Below, piece after piece: positions 35,015 through 43,767 of a DNA stretch of 64,000 nucleotides. This stretch comes from Candidatus Limnocylindria bacterium. GTDB taxonomy: Bacteria > Chloroflexota > Limnocylindria > QHBO01. The notes below the pieces were generated by a model. That model did no database searches and was not told where the DNA came from. It saw only the letters and a list, made by a program, of their open reading frames with translations. The stretch spans positions 24,538-88,537 of the forward strand of contig DATBJR010000049.1 in assembly GCA_036556325.1 (NCBI GenBank), written 5' to 3'. The number at the start of each line of letters is the position of its first letter. Position 1 is the stretch's first letter. The position numbers were made by a program, and so were the translations under genes.

Positions 35015-36562
35015 ATGGTCGACCGCCATGTGGTCCTGGCCGCCAAGGGCGGCGGGATGGTGTTCGCTGGGCGCCTTTTCGTGTGGGGCACGCGCTTCGG
35101 CATGGCCGTGCTCCTGGCGCGCCAGATGGGCGCGGACAGCTACGGGCTCTACAACGTCACCCTGACCATCGCCACCCTCGGTTCGGCGTTCTCGGTCATC
35201 GGCCTCGACTCCGCGCTGATTCGCTACGTGGCGGTCTATTCGCGGCGCATGGACCGCTTGGGCGTGCTCGGCACGCTGCGGGTCGGGATCGGCTTACCCA
35301 TGCTGGTGAGCGGCGGCGCGGCGCTCATCCTGCTGCTCCTGGCCGCGCCGGCGGCGCGCCTGGCGGGAGACGTCCGTTTGGAGCCCCTGATCCGGATCGG
35401 CGCGGTGCTGGTGCCGGCCATGGTGTCGAACTCGCTGCTGGCGGCGACCCTGCAGGGCGCCCAGCGCATCGGCTGGGCGGTGCTGGCCGAGCAGTTCGCG
35501 CAGCCGACGGTGCGCCTGGCGATCCTGCTCGTGCTCACCGTCATCGGCATGACCCCCGAGGGTGCGGTCATGGCCTCGACCCTGGCCACGCTGGCGGCGA
35601 CGGCGCTGCTGCTGTGGTTCGTCCAGCGCCAGATCTCGCTGGAGGGCATCGCCGGCGAGGTCCGCGCCGAACCGGGCACGATGCTCCGCTTCTCGCTGCC
35701 GGTGTACTTCTCGAACCTGGTCAACACCTTCGGCGGCAACCTGCAGACGCTGCTGCTCGGCGCCATGGCCTCGATGGCCAAGGCCGGCGTCTTCGGCATC
35801 GCCAACCAGGTGATGCTGGTGGGCGCGATCTTCCACTCGGCGGTCGTGCAGGCCGCCATGCCGATCTTCGCCGAGCTCCAGGACTCTGAAGACCGCAGCC
35901 GCCTCAACGCGCTGTATCGCACCACGTCGAAATGGACGTTCACCCTCAACCTGCCGTTCTTCCTGCTCGCCGTCCTCATGCCGGAGGCGCTGCTCGGGAT
36001 CTTCGGCAGCGACTTCACGAGCGGCGCGACCGCACTCACCATCCTGGCCTTCGCGTCCCTCACCAATGCCGCCACCGGCACCTCTGGCGCCATCCTGGAC
36101 ATGACCGGGCACACCAGCGTCAAGCTCGTCAACTCGACCGTGTCGGTGGGGCTGGCCATCGTCCTGAACCTGCTCCTGATTCCCTCCCTGGGTGTCACGG
36201 GCGCGGCGATCGCCTCGCTCGGATCGGTGGCCTCGGTCAACCTGCTGCGTGTGGGCGAGGTGGCCTGGCTCGTGCACGTCGGCCCCTACGACCGCAGCTG
36301 GGTCAAGCCCGTGATCGCGGGTATTGCCGCCGCCACGGTGGGATGGGCCCTGTTGCTCGGCCTGCAGAACGTCGCATCCCTGCTGGTGCGCAGCGGGGTG
36401 GCAGCGCTCGGCCTGGCGGCGACCTACGTGCTCGTGTTGCTCGTCCTGCGGCTCAGTGACGACGATCGGATCATCGTGTCGCGTGCGGCCCGCAAGTTCA
36501 CCCGGCGGCGGGGAGGTCCGGCGGGCCTGGCGCAGGCCAGCCCCGGCCGCGAGCCGACATGA
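35015..36562 (+). CDS. wzx: Wzx-type oligosaccharide flippase (polysaccharide biosynthesis protein, MOP superfamily)
   Basis: 515 aa with about 14 hydrophobic helices. Position is between the PCP and modification genes. Composition is typical of Wzx/RfbX-like proteins. Confidence 0.8.
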   Translation: MVDRHVVLAAKGGGMVFAGRLFVWGTRFGMAVLLARQMGADSYGLYNVTLTIATLGSAFSVIGLDSALIRYVAVYSRRMDRLGVLGTLRVGIGLPMLVSGGAALILLLLAAPAARLAGDVRLEPLIRIGAVLVPAMVSNSLLAATLQGAQRIGWAVLAEQFAQPTVRLAILLVLTVIGMTPEGAVMASTLATLAATALLLWFVQRQISLEGIAGEVRAEPGTMLRFSLPVYFSNLVNTFGGNLQTLLLGAMASMAKAGVFGIANQVMLVGAIFHSAVVQAAMPIFAELQDSEDRSRLNALYRTTSKWTFTLNLPFFLLAVLMPEALLGIFGSDFTSGATALTILAFASLTNAATGTSGAILDMTGHTSVKLVNSTVSVGLAIVLNLLLIPSLGVTGAAIASLGSVASVNLLRVGEVAWLVHVGPYDRSWVKPVIAGIAAATVGWALLLGLQNVASLLVRSGVAALGLAATYVLVLLVLRLSDDDRIIVSRAARKFTRRRGGPAGLAQASPGREPT

Positions 36563-38112
36563 CGGCGGCCGAATCCACGCGGCGGGAGATGCATCCTGCC
36601 TTTCCCGCCGACGCCCTGGCCCTGACTCGCCAGGTGTTCGGCGCGCTGAACGGCGCCGAGGTGCGGTACTGCCACTGGAAGAGCACGACCGCCCTGGCGC
36701 TGGGCCTGGCCGGTCGGACCGATCTCGACCTGCTGGTCGACCGAGAAGCCGCCGCCGTCTTCGGTGCGACCGTCCGGGCCGCCGGATTCAAGCCGTTCAT
36801 CTCGCATCCCAGCCGGCGCTACGTCGGCGTCGAGGACTGGCTTGGCCACGACACGGCGAGCGGACGGCTGGTCCACCTCCACGTCTACTACCGCCTGGTG
36901 CTCGGCGAGGACTATGTGAAGAACCACGTGCTGCCGATCGAGAAGGCGGTCCTTGACGACGTGGTCCTGCGCGACGGCGTCAAGGTGCCGGCGCCCGCCA
37001 CGGAGCTCGTCATCCTCGTCGTCCGGGCGCTGCTGAAGTACCGTCGCACCGATGCCGCCAAGGACGCCCTGCGGCTCGGGCGGCGCGGTGGCGTCCCGCC
37101 GAACGTGCGTCGCGAAGTGCAGGACCTCTCCGAGCGCGTCACGGCCGCAGAGCTGCGGGCCGCCGCGCAGCGGCTGATGCCGCAGCTGCCGCCGGCAGTC
37201 TTCACTGACTTCGTCGACGCGCTCCGCTCCGACCATCGCAACGCGGCAGCCCTGTTGCGCCTGCGGGGCGTCGCGCGACGCGCGCTGCGCGGCTTCGAGC
37301 GGCTTCCGGCGCACCGCGCCCTGGCCATCTCCGTGAGTGCGCGGCTGCAGCGCGCCCCCGGACTGCGGCGCGTGCTGCGCCCGCAATCGAAGGCGGACCT
37401 GCGGCGCAAGTCCTCCGCTGCCGGCGGCCTGACGGTGGCGCTCATCGGCCCCGATGGCGCGGGCAAGACGACGGTGATCGACGAGGTCGTGCGCTGGCTT
37501 GGTTGGCGCCTCAGCCTGCGGACCTCGTATCTCGGGACTGCACGGCCCTCGACCTCGACGGCGGCCGTGCAGGTGCTGAGCCGATACGCGCGGCGCCTCG
37601 CTCGCCGTCGCGAGGCAGGAGGGCGCGCCCCTTCCGGGTCGCTCGACCGCGTCGCCAGGCTGCTGGCAGCCACGCGCTACCTGGCCGAGGCACGCGACCG
37701 GGCCCGCCGCGCGCGCGAGGGACGCCGCCTGGCCGCGAACGGTACGCTGGTCCTCTTCGACCGCTATCCGTTGCCGTGGGTCAGGCTGGCCAATCGGCCG
37801 GTCGACGGGCCGCGGATCGCCGAGCTGCAGGAAGCCCGCGGCCGGGGCCTGCTCGGGATGCTGCAGCGGCGGGAGGAGGCCACCTACGCGGCCATGCCGG
37901 CCCCGGACCTGGTCATCCTGCTTGCCGTCGACCCCGAGGTGGCACTGGCCCGCAAGGGCAACCAGGACCGTGATGCGATCGTGGCCAAGGCGCGTGCCGT
38001 CCAGGAGGCCGCGGCCGGCGCGGATCGCGATGGGGTGGTGGTGGTCGATGCTGGCCAGCCGCTCGATACCGTCGTCGGCCAGGTCGAGGCGGCCATCTGG
38101 CAGCGGCTCTGA
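36559..38112 (+). CDS. Two-domain protein: NTP_transf_5-like nucleotidyltransferase-fold domain + thymidylate-kinase-like P-loop domain
   Basis: N-terminal part has YCHWKST...GRTDLDLLVD...VHLHVYY (polymerase-beta-like DxD pattern). C-terminal part has P-loop ALIGPDGAGKTT (aa 294-305), LVLFDRYP (DRY-like) and DLVILLAVDPEVALARK. ATGA overlap with wzx. Confidence 0.6.
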   Translation: MTAAESTRREMHPAFPADALALTRQVFGALNGAEVRYCHWKSTTALALGLAGRTDLDLLVDREAAAVFGATVRAAGFKPFISHPSRRYVGVEDWLGHDTASGRLVHLHVYYRLVLGEDYVKNHVLPIEKAVLDDVVLRDGVKVPAPATELVILVVRALLKYRRTDAAKDALRLGRRGGVPPNVRREVQDLSERVTAAELRAAAQRLMPQLPPAVFTDFVDALRSDHRNAAALLRLRGVARRALRGFERLPAHRALAISVSARLQRAPGLRRVLRPQSKADLRRKSSAAGGLTVALIGPDGAGKTTVIDEVVRWLGWRLSLRTSYLGTARPSTSTAAVQVLSRYARRLARRREAGGRAPSGSLDRVARLLAATRYLAEARDRARRAREGRRLAANGTLVLFDRYPLPWVRLANRPVDGPRIAELQEARGRGLLGMLQRREEATYAAMPAPDLVILLAVDPEVALARKGNQDRDAIVAKARAVQEAAAGADRDGVVVVDAGQPLDTVVGQVEAAIWQRL

Positions 38113-39875
38113 TGATCATCGAGCTGGCCGGCCCGGTCGGGGCCGGTAAATCGGCGGTTGCCCAGGGGCTGCCGGAGGCGCTGCGCGCCCGCGGGATCGC
38201 TGCGAGCAACCTCCACGAGATCGCGCGGCTCAACCGCCCACGAACGTGGCTATGGAGCACGTGGTTCGCGGTTCGCCATCCTCGCCTGACCTGGGTGGCC
38301 TGGCGAGCGGTGTCGGGGGCGCCGATCCCGTGGTGGCATCGGCGGCTCATCTTTGGCCTGACCGTGGGCGTGGGCGGTCGGATCGCGTACGCGCGGCGAC
38401 GGGTCCCTCGCGACCACATCGTGCTCGTTGACGAGGGACTGGTGCATCGGGCCGTGAACCTGTTCAGCTGGTACGGGCGCCCGCCGGAGCGCGCCGTCCG
38501 GCGCTACGTGGCGCTGGTGCCGCTGCCCGACGCCGTCATCCACGTCGACACCGATCCCGAGGCCGCCCGACGCCGCGTGCTGGCGCGTGGCCTGCCGCGC
38601 CGCCTGGTGGGTCGCTCGGAAACGGACGTCGCCGCGTTCGTGGGGCGAGCCCGGGACGTGGTGACGACGGCCATCGCGGCGTTGCAGCACCGCCCCGGAG
38701 CGACGGTGATCAAGGTGACCAACCGGCAATCGCTGCGGCGCTCGATCAGCAACGCTGCGCGCTCGACGAGCCGGCTCGTCACCGACGCCAGCCCCGGCCC
38801 GGGCAACCTGGTGCTAAGGCCGCGTTTCCCGATCGTTGCGCGACCGGACCGGGCGCTTGCCCGGCTTCGAATCCGGCGCTCGGGGGGCATCCCGGCCTCG
38901 CAGCTCGCCGCGGTCCTGGATCGCTACGGGCTGCACGCGACCGGCCGGCCTCGCGTCCTCTCGGCCCCGCGAGCGCGGGGCGCCACCGTCCGCGTCAGGA
39001 CGGCCGACGGCGAGGTCGTCGTCAAGCGCTATAAGCCGAATGTCGAGCCGTCGGTCCTGGCGATCGAGCACGCCGTCCTGGCCGCGCTGGCGGCGGACGA
39101 CTTCCCGGCCCCGCGGCTGCGAACGGCCCTGGACGGCACCTCGGGGGTGAGCCTGGACGGAGCGTGCTTCGCGGTGTCGGACGCCATCGGTGGATACCGC
39201 CACCCGCACGAGCTGGTCATGGCTCGCACCGATCGCCGCCAGCTCGAGGTGATTGCTGCACGCCTCCTCGCCAGGCTGCACGCGGCGCTGGAGGCCCTTG
39301 ACGTCCCGCCCTCCGCGACGCTCGGCTTTGCCGGCCGGGACGGTCCGCGGGTGCGCGACGTCGCCTGGTACACCGATCGGCTGGCGGATGCCCCTGCGCC
39401 CCGGCGCGTCCGCGCGTGGGTGCATGGCGCGCTGTGGGAGCTGTACGAGCGATTCCAGGCCGAGGGGCTGCCCACCACGGTGGTGCATGGCGACTACGGG
39501 CCGTACAACCTGCTCATCCGGCCCGGTCGCGTGCCGGTCGTGGTCGACTTCGAGCTCGCGCGCCGCGACTGGCGCCTGGTTGACCTGGCGACCGGCATCG
39601 GCTGGTTCGCGCAGCGGCGTCGAACGTTCGACGCCGCCGCCGGGCGCCGGTTCCTCGAGGCCTACCGCCAGGCCAGCGCCATCAGGGACGACGAGCTGCA
39701 GCGGCTGCCCCAGGTCGCTGCGTTCCTGGCGCTGCAGCGCGCCGTCATCGCCTGGTCGCGAACCGCCGAGGGGGGCCTGCTCGATTGGGACGCCGAGGCT
39801 CGCTGGCGCATCGTCGCGGCCGAGGACCTGCTTGCCGGGCGCCACCCGCTGAACGCGGTGCTGCGCCGATGGTGA
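38112..39875 (+). CDS. Two-domain protein: P-loop NTPase/kinase-like domain + aminoglycoside-phosphotransferase (APH/choline-kinase)-fold kinase domain
   Basis: Walker A ELAGPVGAGKS (aa 4-14) and Walker B-like IVLVDEG. C-terminal part has VVVKRYK (ATP lysine), catalytic VVHGDYGPYNLL (aa 457-468) and VVDFELA (DFE metal-binding motif). TGATG junction with the upstream gene. Confidence 0.7.
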   Translation: MIIELAGPVGAGKSAVAQGLPEALRARGIAASNLHEIARLNRPRTWLWSTWFAVRHPRLTWVAWRAVSGAPIPWWHRRLIFGLTVGVGGRIAYARRRVPRDHIVLVDEGLVHRAVNLFSWYGRPPERAVRRYVALVPLPDAVIHVDTDPEAARRRVLARGLPRRLVGRSETDVAAFVGRARDVVTTAIAALQHRPGATVIKVTNRQSLRRSISNAARSTSRLVTDASPGPGNLVLRPRFPIVARPDRALARLRIRRSGGIPASQLAAVLDRYGLHATGRPRVLSAPRARGATVRVRTADGEVVVKRYKPNVEPSVLAIEHAVLAALAADDFPAPRLRTALDGTSGVSLDGACFAVSDAIGGYRHPHELVMARTDRRQLEVIAARLLARLHAALEALDVPPSATLGFAGRDGPRVRDVAWYTDRLADAPAPRRVRAWVHGALWELYERFQAEGLPTTVVHGDYGPYNLLIRPGRVPVVVDFELARRDWRLVDLATGIGWFAQRRRTFDAAAGRRFLEAYRQASAIRDDELQRLPQVAAFLALQRAVIAWSRTAEGGLLDWDAEARWRIVAAEDLLAGRHPLNAVLRRW

Positions 39876-40879
39876 CCGACGGAGGTCCGATCTACATCGG
39901 CGGCCCGGATCGCTGCGGCAAGACGCTCGTCGCCGCGCTCCTCGGATCCCACAGCCGCATCGCCATTCCGATCGTCGGCTCCAACCTGTGGACCTACTTC
40001 GACGGCCAGTACGGCGATCTGGCCGATGACCGTAACCTCGACCGCTGCCTCGACGCGCTGGGACGATACAAGCACGCGCGGTTCCTGGGGCTTGACCTGC
40101 CGCGCCTGCGCGAGGAGCTCCGCGCCGGAGTGCCGAGCTACGCGAACCTGTTTGCGCTCGTCCATCGGCATTTCGCCGAGCGCGCCGGTAAGCCGCGCTG
40201 GGGTGACCAGAGCGGCCTGGTGGAGCGGTACGCGGACAAGATCTTCGCCGCGCTGCCGGACGTCCGCTTCATCCACATGGTCCGTGACCCGCGCGATCGC
40301 TACGAGGGCTCGCTGGCCTACTTTCCGACCGCGCGCGGCCGTGCCGGAGCCGCGGTCGCGCGCTGGCGCTACTCGGTCGACCTCGGCGAACGGAACCTTC
40401 GGCGCTGGCCGGATCGATACCGGCTGGTCCGCTATGAGGATCTCGTCCACAGCCCCGCCGAGGTCGTCGCCGAGCTGTGCGAGTTCATCGGCGAGCGGTT
40501 CGAGCCGGCGATGATGGACGTTCCGGACGCACCGACCTACCGGGCCAAGCTGCTCGCCGGCGCGGGTGGCGGCCCCCTCATCACGGCGGGGCACATCGGT
40601 GACTACCGGGGCCGCATCCCGCCGCACGAGCTGGCGTTCATGCAGGGCCGGCTCCGCGCAAGGATGCTCCGACACGGGTACCGGCCGGATGCCATCCCGA
40701 TGTCGGCGAGCGAGCGCGCCAGGTACCGGCTGGCCCAGTGGCCGGGCATGGCGGCACGCATGATCGCCTGGGATGTCATCGAGAGGATCCAGCATCGGCT
40801 GCCGGGATTGGTGGGCCGCCGCCCACCAGCCTCAAAGCTCGTTGACCCGGCGCAACACTACCGGGTGGCTGGTGAGTGA
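39869..40879 (+). CDS. Sulfotransferase (Sulfotransfer_3-like, subfamily A)
   Basis: PSB loop IYIGGPDRCGKTLVAALL. RFIHMVRDPRDRYEGSL. Paralogous by eye to 45863-46840 and 46847-47701. The ATG overlaps the upstream stop. Confidence 0.8.
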   Translation: MVTDGGPIYIGGPDRCGKTLVAALLGSHSRIAIPIVGSNLWTYFDGQYGDLADDRNLDRCLDALGRYKHARFLGLDLPRLREELRAGVPSYANLFALVHRHFAERAGKPRWGDQSGLVERYADKIFAALPDVRFIHMVRDPRDRYEGSLAYFPTARGRAGAAVARWRYSVDLGERNLRRWPDRYRLVRYEDLVHSPAEVVAELCEFIGERFEPAMMDVPDAPTYRAKLLAGAGGGPLITAGHIGDYRGRIPPHELAFMQGRLRARMLRHGYRPDAIPMSASERARYRLAQWPGMAARMIAWDVIERIQHRLPGLVGRRPPASKLVDPAQHYRVAGE

Positions 40880-40903
40880 CACCCCGCAGCGGTCCGGTAA
40901 GAT
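40876..40903 (+). promoter_or_regulatory. Candidate promoter for the secreted beta-propeller/CBM gene
   Basis: -35 GTGACA (40876-40881), 16-nt spacer, -10 TAAGAT (40898-40903). RBS GAGGGGAG upstream of GTG 40947. Confidence 0.3.
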
Positions 40904-40946
40904 GCCTCGATAGTCCCATTGTGCCGTGGTACCTGAGGGGAGTCTT

Positions 40947-42839
40947 GTGTCCCGAGCCCTATCCGTCCTCGTCTCGCTGGCGCTCGTCGGCGCCGTGCTC
41001 GTTGCCACGCCGGCCGCCACCGGGCAGTCACGCGCAGCCGGCTGGGGGTTCATCCGTCTCGAGCACATCCTGGAGGCGCATGACCTCGGCATCGTGAAGC
41101 CGGGCCCCCTGGCCTGGGACGCAGGCGCCAGCGCGCTGGAGATCACCGACCGCGTCACCGGCGCGGGCAAGCTGGTCACCACCCGCGGGGCCGCGCACGG
41201 CAACCTGCCGCGCCTCCAGGCGCCCCATGGGCGCTCGCTCTCGGCGACCGATCCGTCCAGCGGCCACCTCTTCACGTTGGACCTGCGGAACGGCGTCCTG
41301 GTGGAGGCCTCGGCCGGCGGCCAAATACTCTCGCAGCGCAACGTGGCCAACTTCAGGCTCCAGGGCGTGGAAGGGATGACCGTCGCGCCGACCTCGGATA
41401 CCACCGATCCCAGCAGCTTCTCGAGCCTCTACGTCTCGGTGGCGAATGCCTCTGACGGCAGCTCGGCTACCGGACCCGGCGTGCTGGAGCTGGCCCTGTC
41501 GGCGCAGCCGATCTCGGCGCTCGTTTCCAGCGTTCCCGACAACGTGGGGCACCTGATCAAGACCATTGACACCGTCGGGCCCAACTGGAATCCGTTCAGC
41601 CCCGATCCGTCCGGCCTCGCCTACGACACCACCAGGGGCACCCTCGTGGTCGATGACGGCGAGATCGAGGAGGAGCAGGTCAACGATTACCCCTATCCCG
41701 GCCACAACGTGTGGGACGTCAACCCGGTCACCGGCGCCGGCACGGGGATCATGGACACCACGACAGCCAGTCCGAACAACAACGAGCCGGTCGGCGCCGC
41801 GTATGACAAGGTCCGAGACGAGCTCTATCTCTCGCGGGACGGCTCCAAGTCCCGGGTGTGGGCCTACCGGCGCGCCGGCAACCAGTGGGTCGGGCGTGAC
41901 AGCATCGACCTGGCCGCCTTCGGGCTGGGCGACGCCGAAGGCCTGGCGTTCGCCAACAACCAGCTCTTCGTCGCCGATGGGTCGGACAAGGACGTATGGG
42001 TCATCGGTGCCGGGACCGATGGGATCGTCGCCACCAGCGACGACGTGGTGGTCCGGCACTTCGACACCGCCTCGTTCGGGATCTCGAACCCGGAGGGCAT
42101 CGGCGTCGACTTCAACACCGGCAACCTGTGGATCCTGAGCCACAACGGCGCCGAAGGAATGATCGAAACCACGCAGTCCGGCACGCTGGTGAGCACCACC
42201 CATTACGACTTCGCCACCAACAACCCCGGCGGCGTGGACATCGGGCCCTCGTCCTCGACCACGGACGCGTCGAACGTGATGAGCGCCTGGATCGCGCAGC
42301 GCGGCGTCGACAACAACACCGATCCGAGCGAGAAGGACGGCAAGATCTTCGAGGTCGCGATCCAGACCGGCTCTCCGCCGCCGCCGCCGGGCGACCTCGT
42401 GCAGAACGGCGATTTCGAGAGCGGGACGGTCGGCACCGCGCCCCCGTCCTGGACGACGAATACGAACTTCACCGCATCGAACGCGGTCGTGCACGGAGGC
42501 AGCCTCTCGGGTCGCCACTTCTCGAACGCGGACGCCGGCTACAAGATCGAGCAGACGGTGGCCGCCAGCCCGGGGACCTACGACTTCAGCGCCTGGGCCA
42601 ACCCGGTCGTGACCTCGGACGCCTTCAGCGTCGCCTTCAAGGTGCAATGGCGCACGGACACCAAGGCCCTGACGACGGTGACGGTGGGCAAGGTGAACAA
42701 GCAGACGACTGCAGGCTGGAAGCAGTTCACGCAGACCCTCACCGCGCCGGCGGGGACCACCAAGGTCAAGATCTCCATGGTCGTCGGCAGCCTGAAGACC
42801 ACCGTCTACGTGGACGACATCAGCCTGACCGCGCCGTGA
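40947..42839 (+). CDS. Secreted protein: signal peptide + beta-propeller-like repeats + C-terminal CBM4_9/galactose-binding-like carbohydrate-binding module
   Basis: Signal peptide SRALSVLVSLALVGAVLVATPAATGQS. Recurring PSGLAYD / AEGLAF / PEGIGVD blade-like motifs. PPPPP linker. C-terminal NGDFESG...GWKQF...VYVDDISL is typical of CBM4_9-type jelly rolls. Confidence 0.7.
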   Translation: MSRALSVLVSLALVGAVLVATPAATGQSRAAGWGFIRLEHILEAHDLGIVKPGPLAWDAGASALEITDRVTGAGKLVTTRGAAHGNLPRLQAPHGRSLSATDPSSGHLFTLDLRNGVLVEASAGGQILSQRNVANFRLQGVEGMTVAPTSDTTDPSSFSSLYVSVANASDGSSATGPGVLELALSAQPISALVSSVPDNVGHLIKTIDTVGPNWNPFSPDPSGLAYDTTRGTLVVDDGEIEEEQVNDYPYPGHNVWDVNPVTGAGTGIMDTTTASPNNNEPVGAAYDKVRDELYLSRDGSKSRVWAYRRAGNQWVGRDSIDLAAFGLGDAEGLAFANNQLFVADGSDKDVWVIGAGTDGIVATSDDVVVRHFDTASFGISNPEGIGVDFNTGNLWILSHNGAEGMIETTQSGTLVSTTHYDFATNNPGGVDIGPSSSTTDASNVMSAWIAQRGVDNNTDPSEKDGKIFEVAIQTGSPPPPPGDLVQNGDFESGTVGTAPPSWTTNTNFTASNAVVHGGSLSGRHFSNADAGYKIEQTVAASPGTYDFSAWANPVVTSDAFSVAFKVQWRTDTKALTTVTVGKVNKQTTAGWKQFTQTLTAPAGTTKVKISMVVGSLKTTVYVDDISLTAP

Positions 42840-42858
42840 TCCCGCGCCGCCCTCAGCG

Positions 42859-43767
42859 GTGACCACCGTGCCAGCGTGGCCGGATACGGCCAGGGAGGCG
42901 CTGCGCGGCACGCCGGTCCAGACTGCCTGGCGCTCGCTCGTCTTCCGTGCCGGTGCGCGCCGCGAGCGTCAGGCCCTGGACGGGGTGCGAACGTACTGCC
43001 TCTTCCTGGGGCACGCTCGCAGCGGTCACAGCGTCATCGGAGCGCTGCTGGACGCCCATCGGCAGATCGCCATCTCGGACGAGTTCGACGCCCTGCGCTA
43101 CCTCGAGGCGGGCTTCACGCGCGGCCAGCTGCTCTACGGGTCGCTGGAGATTGCGCGGCGCCAGGCGGCCAACCTGCGCCGCAAGCAGGGTCGGGGGGGC
43201 ACGACCTACTCCTACCACGTGCCCGATGGCTGGCAGGGTCGCGCCGATGACCTGCGTGTGGTGGGCGACAGTCGCGCCGGCTGGACGACGCGCCGCCTGG
43301 CGGCCGATCCGGGGCTGCTCGACCGGCTGCAGCAGCGGATGGCGCCCAGCGAGCTGCGCTTCGTGCACGTCGTCCGCAACCCCTACGACAACATCGCGAC
43401 GATGATGCTGCGCGGCGAGCGCAGCTTCGAGAGCGCGTTCGGCCAGTACGCCGCCAACTGCGAGGCGATCGGGCCGCTCAGCGAGCGCATCGGCGCGGAG
43501 CGGGTGCTGCAGGTGCGCCACGAGGCGCTGATCGCCGATCCACGCGCGACCCTGGCCGAGCTGTGCATCTTCCTGGGCGTCGAGGCGGACGAACCGTACC
43601 TCGCCGCTGCGTCAGCGCAGGTCTACCGATCGCCGGCGCGCAGCCGCCGCGAGATCGAATGGCGGCCTGACGACGAGCGGCGGGTGGACGAGCTGATCCG
43701 GCGCTTCGCCTTCCTGGCCGGCTACGGGCGGGACGACGAGCCGGAGGCCGCGGCCGCATCGGGATAG
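42859..43767 (+). CDS. Sulfotransferase family protein (subfamily C)
   Basis: PSB-like loop LFLGHARSGHSVIGALLDAH. RFVHVVRNPYDNIATMM as the 3'-PB-like segment. 302 aa. Confidence 0.7.
   Translation: MTTVPAWPDTAREALRGTPVQTAWRSLVFRAGARRERQALDGVRTYCLFLGHARSGHSVIGALLDAHRQIAISDEFDALRYLEAGFTRGQLLYGSLEIARRQAANLRRKQGRGGTTYSYHVPDGWQGRADDLRVVGDSRAGWTTRRLAADPGLLDRLQQRMAPSELRFVHVVRNPYDNIATMMLRGERSFESAFGQYAANCEAIGPLSERIGAERVLQVRHEALIADPRATLAELCIFLGVEADEPYLAAASAQVYRSPARSRREIEWRPDDERRVDELIRRFAFLAGYGRDDEPEAAAASG

Noticed and set aside
36559-39875. Assigning the P-loop proteins as the BY-tyrosine kinase partner of the PCP, or as a CysC-type APS kinase supplying PAPS
   Set aside because: They lack the MinD-like Walker A/A'/B arrangement and the C-terminal tyrosine cluster of BY-kinases. 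The P-loop/DRY pattern (GPDGAGKTT, FDRYP) matches the dTMP-kinase family rather than the CysC GLSGSGKST type. Function is left open.
41028-42911. 627-aa minus-strand ORF. Similar long antisense ORFs occur at 1091-2509, 6293-7639, 7664-8869, 12064-13416, 26160-27296, 32523-33734, 52369-54003, 58815-60665 and 60953-62134.
   Set aside because: All lie opposite genes with strong family signatures. All have arginine/glycine/proline-dominated low-information translations. They are treated as shadow ORFs, not genes.
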